IMG/VR virus record: IMGVR_UViG_3300050120_000230
Coordinates: 124,001 to 188,000 of that record
DNA length: 64,000 bases
Strand: one strand, 5' to 3'
Shown: in pieces, positions 30,111-37,840 of the stretch
Numbering within the stretch: position 1 is the stretch's first letter
Layout of the letters: every line of letters begins with the position of its first letter
Notes under the pieces: generated by a model
Databases searched by the model: none
The model's input: only the letters and a program-made list of their open reading frames with translations
What the model was told of the DNA's origin: nothing
Translations under genes and position numbers: made by a program

Positions 30111-30531
30111 GAAACCCAACGACCCATGGACTACGGCAAGTGGCTCACGCATCAAAGCGTGGTTTGTGATGCGTCTCGATCTGCCTATGTCGCAGGGCAA
30201 GTTCGGTATCCAAATTGGGCACGGCACCGATTTCATTCACATGGTCGGCGCCCAGAATCCATTCTACGAAACGTGGCTTGATCCGCACGGCGGAAACCGC
30301 CGTAAGATTGCCCTACGCGCCAAGACTCTCGCCGATCTCGAAGTCGTAAAATCTGAATGCGACAAGGCTGGCATGATTACGAAGCTCATCATGGATGCGG
30401 GTCTGACCGAGTTCGGCCAACCGACCATCACCGGATTGGTGATTCTCCCGCACGATGACGGCACAATCCCGAGCGTTTTGAAGCGGGCTCAAGCATGGCG
30501 GCCGACCGATGGCACAGCCCCGACCAGCTAA
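30103..30531 (+). CDS. Peptidyl-tRNA hydrolase type 2 (Pth2)-like protein
   Basis: MRLDL.MS.GK...Q.GH, KIAL, I.DAG.TEF..PT.T motifs. Confidence 0.85.
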   Translation: MSEKPNDPWTTASGSRIKAWFVMRLDLPMSQGKFGIQIGHGTDFIHMVGAQNPFYETWLDPHGGNRRKIALRAKTLADLEVVKSECDKAGMITKLIMDAGLTEFGQPTITGLVILPHDDGTIPSVLKRAQAWRPTDGTAPTS

Positions 30532-30952
30532 CGGACCTCGCGGCTATACCGGTCCACCCGGCTGCGTTGGTCCACCGGGTGTCACACGTCCGTATGGCAC
30601 CCATGTGACTTCCTTGCCGGGAGTCTCTCCGTATTTGATGGCCCAATTCAGAGATCAATTTTACCACATGCAACATCGCAAGGGACGTAACGACAATCGA
30701 ATTTGGCTGCTTGTCAAACTCTTAAAATGGACAAAGGTCGATCTGCCCATCGAAACCATCAGTCTGGCCGGAGGCCAACGTGATTCTTCTACAGACATGG
30801 GTCTGGTGTTTGCCAATTGTGACAGGGGTGTCCAGAACATTAAAGATTGGTGCGATAGCCAGTGCCGAAAGCCGTGGCGTTATGAACCGTCCGGCACATT
30901 TCTTTTTCGTTCAATGAACGATGCAGCCATTTTCAAACTTAGGTGGTTCTGA
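30509..30952 (+). CDS. Hypothetical protein, FxxxxDAxxFKLxW family
   Basis: IKDWC...FRSMNDAAIFKLRWF. Confidence 0.7.
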   Translation: MAQPRPANGPRGYTGPPGCVGPPGVTRPYGTHVTSLPGVSPYLMAQFRDQFYHMQHRKGRNDNRIWLLVKLLKWTKVDLPIETISLAGGQRDSSTDMGLVFANCDRGVQNIKDWCDSQCRKPWRYEPSGTFLFRSMNDAAIFKLRWF

Positions 30953-31161
30953 TGCCCGAACCGGTCGTTGAATATTGCGTTGAGGAAGCTGACACTGACG
31001 GGAAGGGCACCGAGATCGGCTGGGGCGGGTGGAGCACTCACTCGACCGAAAAAGAGGCCGAAGACGCGATGTGGGCGATGCCCAAAACTGAAGGCCGCCT
31101 GCGCGTCGCTAGGGTGACCACTGAGACACTTTGTGTGCGAGACTGTCCCAGTGAGCGGTAA
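30952..31161 (+). CDS. Hypothetical protein
   Basis: TGATG coupling. Confidence 0.6.
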   Translation: MPEPVVEYCVEEADTDGKGTEIGWGGWSTHSTEKEAEDAMWAMPKTEGRLRVARVTTETLCVRDCPSER

Positions 31162-31468
31162 TTCTCCTGAGCCCCTCAGAGAGGCTCTGTGGGCCGTTTT
31201 GGAGGGCATCCATTGCCGGATACCCGACAATGATGGCGATGGCTCTGAAACATCTTTCGAGAACCTGCGCTGGATGGTGGATCGCTGCTTGTCCGACGAG
31301 ACCATGCCGCTCGACAAGGTCAGTCGGTGGGTGGGCTTCATCCAAGGCGTTCTGGCAACCAAGGGCTTGCTCAGTGTCGCCGAAGAGCGAGATCGAACGA
31401 GGCCGATCTTTCACAAAGCCTATCGCGAAATGGGCATCACGCCCCCGGCAAGCACCAGCCGTGGTTGA
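31151..31468 (+). CDS. Hypothetical protein
   Basis: DKVSRWVGFIQGVL...E.RD.TRP.FH motif. Confidence 0.7.
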   Translation: MSGNSPEPLREALWAVLEGIHCRIPDNDGDGSETSFENLRWMVDRCLSDETMPLDKVSRWVGFIQGVLATKGLLSVAEERDRTRPIFHKAYREMGITPPASTSRG

Positions 31469-31682
31469 AAGAGTCTCTGACGTATTTGATCGCGAGTGGC
31501 CCTATCAAATCACGTTCTATACTCCCATTCTGTCGGACGGATCGCTCTATGAGATCAAGAAATGGTGTGTCGATAATCTCAAGGGCGATTGGAGCTATTT
31601 CAGTCGCGGCAGTTTTTTCGAGGTGTTCGTCTTTGATGACCACACCGACGTGATTTTCTTCAAAATGAATTTCGAATGTTGA
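31461..31682 (+). CDS. Hypothetical protein, FxxxxDAxxFKLxW family
   Basis: IKKWCVDNL...FDDHTDVIFFKM. Confidence 0.65.
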   Translation: MVERVSDVFDREWPYQITFYTPILSDGSLYEIKKWCVDNLKGDWSYFSRGSFFEVFVFDDHTDVIFFKMNFEC

Positions 31683-31930
31683 CCCGCGTCGTTCACTGCA
31701 AACGAGAGCCCTACGATGTCTACATCGGGCGGGGATCGAAATGGGGCAACCCGTTCGTAATCGGCAAGGACGGAGATCGGCCAACCGTGATCGCAAAATA
31801 TTGCGACTATATCGCCCAACGTCCCGACTTGCTGGCAGATGTCCATGAACTTCGTGGTAAGGTCATCGGCTGTTGGTGTGCCCCACAAGCGTGCCATGGC
31901 GATGTGCTCGCGGAACTGGCGGATTCATGA
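31676..31930 (+). CDS. DUF4326 protein
   Basis: YDVYIGRGSKWGNPF...L.CWCAP..CHGDVL. Confidence 0.88.
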   Translation: MLTRVVHCKREPYDVYIGRGSKWGNPFVIGKDGDRPTVIAKYCDYIAQRPDLLADVHELRGKVIGCWCAPQACHGDVLAELADS

Positions 31931-32202
31931 AAGTCTTTGTTTCGGATTCTATCATCAGAGATGGCCGCGATTTCTATGACTGGCTACGTCAGTCAAATTG
32001 GCGACTCGTGACTTCGCATTCCAAAACGGACGGGAAAGGCAAAGATGTCGGTGCGAGCGTCTACGAAACAGATGAACTTTCGGACGGCGAAATTCTTCTT
32101 TTGAAATTGCAGTGGCCCATCATTGGCGCGGTTGCGAATGATGGTTCGGTGCGATGGTCATCGGACGATTTCAGGTGGCTGGTAAAAGCTGGCTACGACT
32201 AA
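31927..32202 (+). CDS. Hypothetical protein
   Basis: ATGA overlap; ILLLKLQW motif. Confidence 0.6.
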   Translation: MKVFVSDSIIRDGRDFYDWLRQSNWRLVTSHSKTDGKGKDVGASVYETDELSDGEILLLKLQWPIIGAVANDGSVRWSSDDFRWLVKAGYD

Positions 32203-32210
32203 ATAATTCC

Positions 32211-32558
32211 ATGGAAAACATGGGCAAGACGACGATTGATCTGGCTGACGACAAGCAGATGGTCATCTCGAAAGATTTCGATGAAGATTTGGGACACCCG
32301 GTCTACACGGCCACGGTGCAAGGGGAGCCTAGCCCGGTCGCAAAAATTGTCGAAAGTGATATCGATAACTGGCTGAGCAATCAAACGCTCGCCAAGTCGT
32401 TGCAAGCACACGGCCTTACGAACCAAGCGGTCAACAATGCTCTAGAAGGTCTGGCTAATTTCCACGCCAGCTTCAAGACCGACGAAAACACCACGTTCGA
32501 TGTGAGCGTTGATCCCGTCCACGAATCGGTGGGCGTCGGAGTGACGATCAAGTTCTAA
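32211..32558 (+). CDS. Hypothetical late protein
   Basis: CTAAATA at 32199. Confidence 0.65.
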   Translation: MENMGKTTIDLADDKQMVISKDFDEDLGHPVYTATVQGEPSPVAKIVESDIDNWLSNQTLAKSLQAHGLTNQAVNNALEGLANFHASFKTDENTTFDVSVDPVHESVGVGVTIKF

Positions 32559-32815
32559 GGAACAAGTTTCTCGACCGTCCAGATGCCGAGTTCTTCGCCA
32601 TATGGATCGACACCGATTTCGCCACGACACAGCGATGTCCACGCCGTCCCAACCCATCCATTTTCGTATTCGGGCATCCCGGCGCCGCAGAGGCTCAACT
32701 GATAGCCGAGATGTTTTTCCAGAGCGTGGTCGAACGCTGCGGGATCATGCGTCGCATCGTCATCTTCGAACGTGAATTTCTGCTCGCCGTTCAAAAACAC
32801 AACATACGTCGTCAT
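32555..32815 (-). CDS. Hypothetical protein
   Basis: Coding-like 3' part of track ORF 32555-33061; start uncertain. Confidence 0.55.
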   Translation of the reverse strand: MTTYVVFLNGEQKFTFEDDDATHDPAAFDHALEKHLGYQLSLCGAGMPEYENGWVGTAWTSLCRGEIGVDPYGEELGIWTVEKLVP

Positions 32816-32944
32816 CGCAAACCCCATCTCGTGCAACGAATACATATCATCAACTGGTTTGGGTGGAAAGGCCGCGAGTGCACTCCGCACCGTTTCGGCA
32901 AATCCCGCTACGCATAGCGGGCAGACTAGCGGCCGGTCCCAGCC

Positions 32945-33611
32945 TTTCCCCCAAACCAATTGAGTGGTGAGTGTCGGACGACACAGTCCTGTCGGTCTGC
33001 ATCCAGATTCCCGAGTCGGGCATTGCTCCCGAATTCTCCGCGAGGGGGTTATGATACCCAAGCGGTGGTGCTGTTACCCTCGGCGACAACTCAGCGGCCA
33101 TCCCTCCACCCGTCATCCCTCGACCCGAAAGTTGCCGGGATGGCGAATTCGTGGCACCCACTTCGTTGCACAATCAACCCCGGTATGGACTGCCGGGATG
33201 TGCACTAAAGGAGGGGGCAAGGCGCCGCAAGCTGGTCCCCTCTTTTTCTACCGAACTTCAGATGTCCAATCCTACGTGCTCGGCGACAGTTCGAATATTC
33301 CGCTACTGGGGGTCCTTTTTCAGGAGGCAGTCTACCCCCTTACTAAAAGACCCTTTTCGCGAGGACATCCGCTCTCCCCGATCTGCGCTGCGGAGACTAA
33401 CCCGCCCGCTCTGACCGAAGTGCGCTACGCCCAAAACCCTTCGTGTGGTTACAAGAACCCCCGGCTCAATACGCTTAGGCTCAGCCCGCATTGGGCCTGC
33501 CCCAGCAACCTTCCGGCGTTGAAACCGGCGTTTACGCGTCTTCGCTTACCGCACCCCACCACGAGGTGTTTCGGCTAGAGATGGTGGCCCGGAGGCTCAT
33601 GTAACCACACG
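32945..33611 (-). ncRNA. Candidate large structured ncRNA A (GOLLD/ROOL-class-like)
   Basis: No credible ORF; 23-bp stem between 33589-33611 and 33442-33464; many hairpins; lies next to tRNA-like units. Confidence 0.6.
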
Positions 33612-33618
33612 CATACTG

Positions 33619-33718
33619 TGCGGGGACTAGGGCTCGAACCTAGTGTCTTCCCTACCTCACCGAGTGTGGCCACACCCTCGTATAGTAGGACTGCTCTAAC
33701 CCGCTGAGCTACCCAACA
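33619..33718 (-). ncRNA. Degenerate tRNA-like unit with a hairpin insert in the anticodon loop
   Basis: D-arm AGCTCAGCGGGTTAGAGC and T-arm CTAGGTTCGAGCCCTAG; poor acceptor stem. Confidence 0.55.
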
Positions 33719-33776
33719 AAACCTTTTCGGACTTACCGGTTCATCACCGCGCCGAGCGTGCCCCGAAGGGCGGAAT

Positions 33777-33881
33777 TGGCACCACGAGGAAGACTTGCAC
33801 TTCCATACCCTTGTCAACAGCAAGGCTCATCATATTCCCGCAGATCGTGGCCACGATCTCCGGCTTTTAGATCACCGTGGT
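33777..33881 (-). ncRNA. tRNA-Asn(GTT)-like unit with ~30-nt insert
   Basis: Acceptor ACCACGG/TCGTGGT-G-CCA, T-arm GGAAG-TGCAAGT-CTTCC, arm CCTTG-CTGTTGA-CAAGG. Confidence 0.55.
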
Positions 33882-33940
33882 ATCTCGTGCCCTCTCGGGC
33901 ATGTTCATGTTGGTAGCCGTTCCCCGCTAAGGGACAGTCT

Positions 33941-33997
33941 TATTCGTGGTGGGGATCGAACCCACGACCCAAGGCTCTACCGCTGAGCTACACGACC
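33941..33997 (-). ncRNA. Mini tRNA-like unit lacking the anticodon arm
   Basis: GGTCGTG-TAGCTCAGCGGTAGAGC-CTTGGGTC-GTGGGTTCGATCCCCAC-CACGAAT. Confidence 0.6.
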
Positions 33998-34014
33998 TAC
34001 ACTACCACACTTTC

Positions 34015-34688
34015 ACTCAGTTCGCGTGCACGCTCCCCGAGCTAAACCTAGATTGCGTGAACCTCTCAACGATAGAGCGGAAGGATCAGGCCGCTTCATT
34101 GCTTCCACGGCCCATACGATCCAATCACCACGCAACCAAACCTTCGTGCCCATTCGGGCGAAATCTCCAACCACGCCCTCGCTCTAAGCGAACGACAACG
34201 GATCGGCGAGGTGTCATCGCTGTCTAGCCCACGATGGTCCCCTTCGGATCGCTCACGCTATATTTCAAGACGCAGCGCCGCAACTTTTTGCCCATTCAGG
34301 CGAATTGGTGGAGGGACTTCCCTCTCCAACGAAGCGGCTCGCGCGGGGCCATCTCCAAAGTCGGAGTGTGAAGTTGGGCCTACCCCCTAAGCAATGGCAT
34401 TTCGGCCACTCAGGTTTATCCCACTTTTCCAGCCTAGTCTCGGGTCTAGAAATCCCTACCTTCAGCTTCTCTCGACACTGAGGGCCAGACACTTCCTCCT
34501 GAACCCTCGCGAGGGTTAGAGAATCTGCGCTGACACTTTTAGCTCGGAATGCTCACGCAATCCCGCCTCAGTAATTCGTGTTGCCTTCCCGAGATCAGAA
34601 CGCTGGTAAACCGCCGGGCCAAACCCTTTGGCTCTTCCAAGGACTTCTGGTTAGCTAATGCCGAACCAGCGCCCCGTTCTCAAGAACA
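34015..34688 (-). ncRNA. Candidate large structured ncRNA B (ROOL/GOLLD-class-like)
   Basis: Own promoter at 34694-34721; 12-bp long-range stem between 34551-34562 and 34051-34062; dense hairpins. Confidence 0.6.
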
Positions 34689-34791
34689 ACCTCAATCTAC
34701 ACCGCCCCCGAGAACGGTCAAGCAATTTCTTTTGGTTGACCAAAAATCTTTTCGTGGGAGTATTCAATCTATAGTCAGCCGGGAGAACCAT

Positions 34792-35262
34792 GTGCAATAC
34801 GAGACCCACATCTTCAGCAAGAATGAGCCGTGGGCCACCGAATGGCACATCCTCTACTTGACAGCCGCCGACGCGGAGAAGGTGTTTCTCAGCACAAATG
34901 AATCCGTGAAAGGCTACCGTCGCAACGGTGGCGAATGGGCGCGCGCCAGTCATGATAGCTATCGCTATCTCAGGCGTGAAGTTGATGAATGGGTCCGTGC
35001 CAATGCCGGACCCCAAGAAGGTGAAGTGTGGGAATGCGACCGCTACTACCACGCGGACGAGCCTCTCCCAGCATTGCCGCAACGCGCCGGTCGCCGAGCA
35101 TGGCTGGATGCCTTCAAATGCTGGCCAGAAGTCTACGGAAACTACCATCATCACCAGTGGGCGGCCGGATCGCACCTCGACACCGAAAAGAAAGGGATCA
35201 GAGCTTTCATTCGGTTCAGAAGCGAGACGACCGCTGTGCTGTTCAGGACGCTGTTCCTGTAA
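34792..35262 (+). CDS. Hypothetical protein, FxxxxDAxxFKLxW family
   Basis: GTG start after GGGAGA; VDEWVRANAG...FRSETTAVLFRTLF. Confidence 0.7.
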   Translation: MQYETHIFSKNEPWATEWHILYLTAADAEKVFLSTNESVKGYRRNGGEWARASHDSYRYLRREVDEWVRANAGPQEGEVWECDRYYHADEPLPALPQRAGRRAWLDAFKCWPEVYGNYHHHQWAAGSHLDTEKKGIRAFIRFRSETTAVLFRTLFL

Positions 35263-35264
35263 AT

Positions 35265-35338
35265 TGGCAGGGGTGGAGAGAATCGAACTCTCGTCTTGGG
35301 TTTTGGAGACCCCTACTCTACCATTGAGCTACACCCCT
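35265..35338 (-). tRNA. tRNA-Trp(CCA)
   Basis: Cloverleaf, loop CT-CCA-AA, CCA end. Confidence 0.93.
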
Positions 35339-35418
35339 ATTAGATAACTTGGGATACCACCGGTTGCAAATCAGGATATATACGTAATACTTACGTATTT
35401 CCGGGGGCTATCACGACA

Positions 35419-35688
35419 ATGACTACTCCATCTACGATCAACGGCGCCACTGTGACTATTGTCAGGATTGGCAAATCTCTCGTTTCCTTGCAGTCACAAA
35501 ATCTCGTCACACAACCCGCAAGCGCCGGGCAGATGTCCTTCCAGATCAATTGCGATTCGAAGCTGCTGATCGCGAACTCGAAGATCACGATTTTCTCTTC
35601 GACGTTCGGTGCGAAGATCGACAACGTCACCGTCCTCGCCGATCATTTCGGCGCGGGTAGTCACCAGATCACTGGCCACGTCATCTGA
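35419..35688 (+). CDS. Hypothetical protein
   Basis: 89-aa ORF inside the tRNA array, antisense to it. Confidence 0.6.
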   Translation: MTTPSTINGATVTIVRIGKSLVSLQSQNLVTQPASAGQMSFQINCDSKLLIANSKITIFSSTFGAKIDNVTVLADHFGAGSHQITGHVI

Positions 35689-35692
35689 ATTG

Positions 35693-35782
35693 AGAATCAG
35701 GTGGGACTCGAACCCACGGGGACAAGCTTCGCTTGTTACGGGGGTAAAAACCCCGCCCTCTCGCCGCTGAGGTGACTGATCC
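35693..35782 (-). tRNA. Atypical tRNA-Lys(TTT) with long variable arm
   Basis: Loop TT-TTT-AC, V-arm ACAAGC-GAA-GCTTGT, U73, no CCA. Confidence 0.7.
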
Positions 35783-35822
35783 ATTTATTGAACATTCGTA
35801 GAGATATCAATACTATTGGTTA

Positions 35823-36416
35823 ATGTTTTGTGAATTTTGTTCTGACTTGATTTCTTCTCGATATGGTTCTGGTCGTTTTTGTTCTTCCAAAAGTGCCAGA
35901 GGTTTCAGCACCAAAGCTAGGCGCGCAGAGATCAATTCCAAGGTCAGCAAGAAATTATCGAATAGACCGTCTGGTCGAACGCTCGATTGCGTGACCATTT
36001 CTTTTCTGGCTGACAAACGACGTGAAAAACTCATGGAACTGCCATGGGAATCAATTGGCCTATACGCCAAAAAATCTCGCGTTCTGGGTGAACAAAATCA
36101 CCGGTGCAATGGATGCAACCTTGATGAATGGCGGGGCCAGCCGTTGGTTTTGGAAATCGAACATAAAGATGGCAATAACCAAAACAACGCCCGAGAAAAT
36201 CTCGAAGGCTTGTGTCCGAATTGCCATAGCCAAACGCCAACATGGCGTGGTCGTAACAAGGGTCGATCTAAATCAATCTCAGATCAAGAATTCATCGAAC
36301 ATCTGCAAGCTGCTAGCAGCATTCATCGCGCGCTGTTGAGCTTAGGTCTCTCAGCGAAGGGAACGAATTATAACCGTGCGAGAACTCTCATCCAATCACA
36401 TGGCATTTCTATGTGA
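35823..36416 (+). CDS. HNH homing endonuclease
   Basis: CNGC...LEIEHKDGNNQNN..ENL..LCPNCHSQT. Confidence 0.92.
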   Translation: MFCEFCSDLISSRYGSGRFCSSKSARGFSTKARRAEINSKVSKKLSNRPSGRTLDCVTISFLADKRREKLMELPWESIGLYAKKSRVLGEQNHRCNGCNLDEWRGQPLVLEIEHKDGNNQNNARENLEGLCPNCHSQTPTWRGRNKGRSKSISDQEFIEHLQAASSIHRALLSLGLSAKGTNYNRARTLIQSHGISM

Positions 36417-36492
36417 TGGTGAACCCCCTCGGATTTGAACCGAGAATCTCCTCCTTAAAAGGGAGTTGCATTAACCGTTATGCTAGGGGTCC
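36417..36492 (-). tRNA. tRNA-Lys(TTT)
   Basis: Loop CT-TTT-AA, CCA end. Confidence 0.9.
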
Positions 36493-36493
36493 G

Positions 36494-36634
36494 TTAGAAA
36501 GTAGCATTCAGAGGTGAATTCATCTCGGGATATTCTGTCGCGAGAACAGACCCTTCATATGTTCCCCAGCCAACGAAAGCCAGAACTAAAGCAATGATTG
36601 TGGTGCCGAGCGCGATTTTGAATGTCTTTTGCAT
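36494..36634 (-). CDS. Small membrane protein inside the tRNA operon
   Basis: MQKTFKIALGTTIIALVLAFVGWG..., 46 aa, not in the ORF track. Confidence 0.5.
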   Translation of the reverse strand: MQKTFKIALGTTIIALVLAFVGWGTYEGSVLATEYPEMNSPLNATF

Positions 36635-36678
36635 AGCAACAATTTATCTCTCTGAGATGTTGCGATGCAATATATTTG

Positions 36679-36762
36679 AGGGCGCGGTGGGACTCGAACC
36701 CACGGTGTGCTTACGCAAAAAGATTAAGAGTCTTCCCCCTTCGCCGCTCGGGACACGCGCCC
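36679..36762 (-). tRNA. Atypical tRNA-Lys(CTT) with long variable arm
   Basis: Loop CT-CTT-AA, V-arm TGC-GTAA-GCA, U73, no CCA. Confidence 0.75.
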
Positions 36763-36766
36763 ATGT

Positions 36767-36841
36767 TGGTGGATCGGGAGAGATTCGAACTCTCGACCTT
36801 GGGCTTAAGAGGCCCCTGCACTACCGCTGTGCTACCAATCC
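36767..36841 (-). tRNA. tRNA-Lys(CTT)
   Basis: Canonical cloverleaf, CCA end. Confidence 0.93.
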
Positions 36842-36845
36842 ATTG

Positions 36846-36933
36846 TAGTCCTGCTTGGATTCGAACCAAGATCACGCCCCGATCTGGGACTACGGATTAT
36901 AAATCCGACGCTCTGCCGTTGAGCTACAGGACC
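36846..36933 (-). tRNA. tRNA-Ile(TAT) with long variable arm
   Basis: Loop TT-TAT-AA, V-arm GTCCC-AGATC-GGGGC. Confidence 0.8.
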
Positions 36934-36991
36934 AAAGGGTCTGCTGTAGCAGCGATATTCGTTTACTCATTTGGTCCTCCTCTTTTTGCTG

Positions 36992-37075
36992 TGCGCTCGG
37001 CTGGGCTCGAACCAGCAAGACCTTCCGGCCGCTCCGTTTTAAGTGGAGTGTGGCTACCAGTTTCACCACGAGCGC
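36992..37075 (-). tRNA. tRNA-Leu(TAA)
   Basis: Type II cloverleaf, loop CT-TAA-AA. Confidence 0.9.
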
Positions 37076-37080
37076 ATGAT

Positions 37081-37162
37081 TGGTGCCCCTCCTCGGATTC
37101 GAACCGAGATGCTTTCGCGCCAGATTTTGAATCTGGTGTGTCTACCGTTCCACCAGAGGGGC
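37081..37162 (-). tRNA. tRNA-Leu(CAA)
   Basis: Type II cloverleaf, CCA end. Confidence 0.93.
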
Positions 37163-37205
37163 ATAGAAACCTGAAGATCACATGGCGTGAACCTCAAGTC
37201 CATAT

Positions 37206-37287
37206 TGGTGCGGATGGAGGGAATCGAACCCCCACGCTTTCGCAACAGATTCTAAATCTGCCGTGGCTACCGTTACACCACATCCGC
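37206..37287 (-). tRNA. tRNA-Leu(TAG)
   Basis: Type II cloverleaf, CCA end. Confidence 0.93.
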
Positions 37288-37295
37288 ATTGTAGT

Positions 37296-37382
37296 TGGTG
37301 CGAATAGCAGGACTCGAACCTGCACGGCCTTTCGGCCACTGACTTCTGAAGCCAGCGCGTCTACCTATTCCGCCATACTCGC
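37296..37382 (-). tRNA. tRNA-Leu(CAG)
   Basis: Type II cloverleaf, CCA end. Confidence 0.93.
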
Positions 37383-37390
37383 ATTGTATT

Positions 37391-37472
37391 TGGTGCCCAG
37401 AACAGGACTCGAACCTGCACGCCGAAGCAACATCCTCTCAGAATGCCGTGTCTACCGTTTCACCATCTGGGC
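37391..37472 (-). tRNA. tRNA-Leu(GAG)
   Basis: Type II cloverleaf, CCA end. Confidence 0.9.
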
Positions 37473-37480
37473 ATTGTAGT

Positions 37481-37556
37481 TGGCACAACCGACTGGGCTC
37501 GAACCAGTGGCCTCATCCTTCGGAGGGATGCGCTCTTCCAACTGAGCTACGGCTGT
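37481..37556 (-). tRNA. tRNA-Arg(CCG)
   Basis: Loop CT-CCG-AA, CCA end. Confidence 0.93.
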
Positions 37557-37568
37557 AAATGATGTGCT

Positions 37569-37645
37569 TGGCAGAGACGACAGGGATCGAACCTGTGACC
37601 TCCTGATTCGTAGTCAGGCGCTCGTTCCGGCTGAGCTACGCCTCT
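37569..37645 (-). tRNA. tRNA-Arg(ACG)
   Basis: Loop CT-ACG-AA, CCA end. Confidence 0.93.
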
Positions 37646-37670
37646 GCAAAGCACATCATCGAAGTGTGTT

Positions 37671-37746
37671 TGGCTGGAACGGAGGGGATCGAACCCACGA
37701 CCTTCAATTCCGCAAACTGACGCTCTTCCAACTGAGCTACGTCCCA
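37671..37746 (-). tRNA. tRNA-Arg(GCG)
   Basis: Loop TT-GCG-GA, CCA end; this anticodon is uncommon in bacteria. Confidence 0.85.
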
Positions 37747-37840
37747 GCAAAACACACTTTATCAACGCCCCCGACCCATGGAAAAGCCGGGGGCGCCTAT
37801 TCATCAACCTCACCGGTGGCGACCGGCGAAGCCTTGGATT

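Noticed and set aside
33520-33560. GGGTGCGGTAAG and GTAAAC motifs resembling RNase P RNA
   Set aside because: The universal GAGGAAAGUCC / ACAGAA..CGGCUUA P4 elements were not found in the right order; cmsearch is needed to exclude it fully
32964-33578. 204-aa plus-strand ORF and the upstream extension of ORF 34549-35262
   Set aside because: Low-complexity, non-protein-like translations overlapping strongly base-paired minus-strand RNA; the real gene appears to start at GTG 34792
36855-36985. Strong GAGGAGG RBS and ATG reading into tRNA-Ile(TAT) (MSKRISLLQQ...)
   Set aside because: GAGGACCAAA is complementary to the tRNA 5' flank, so it is more simply a leader hairpin; the ORF overlaps the tRNA
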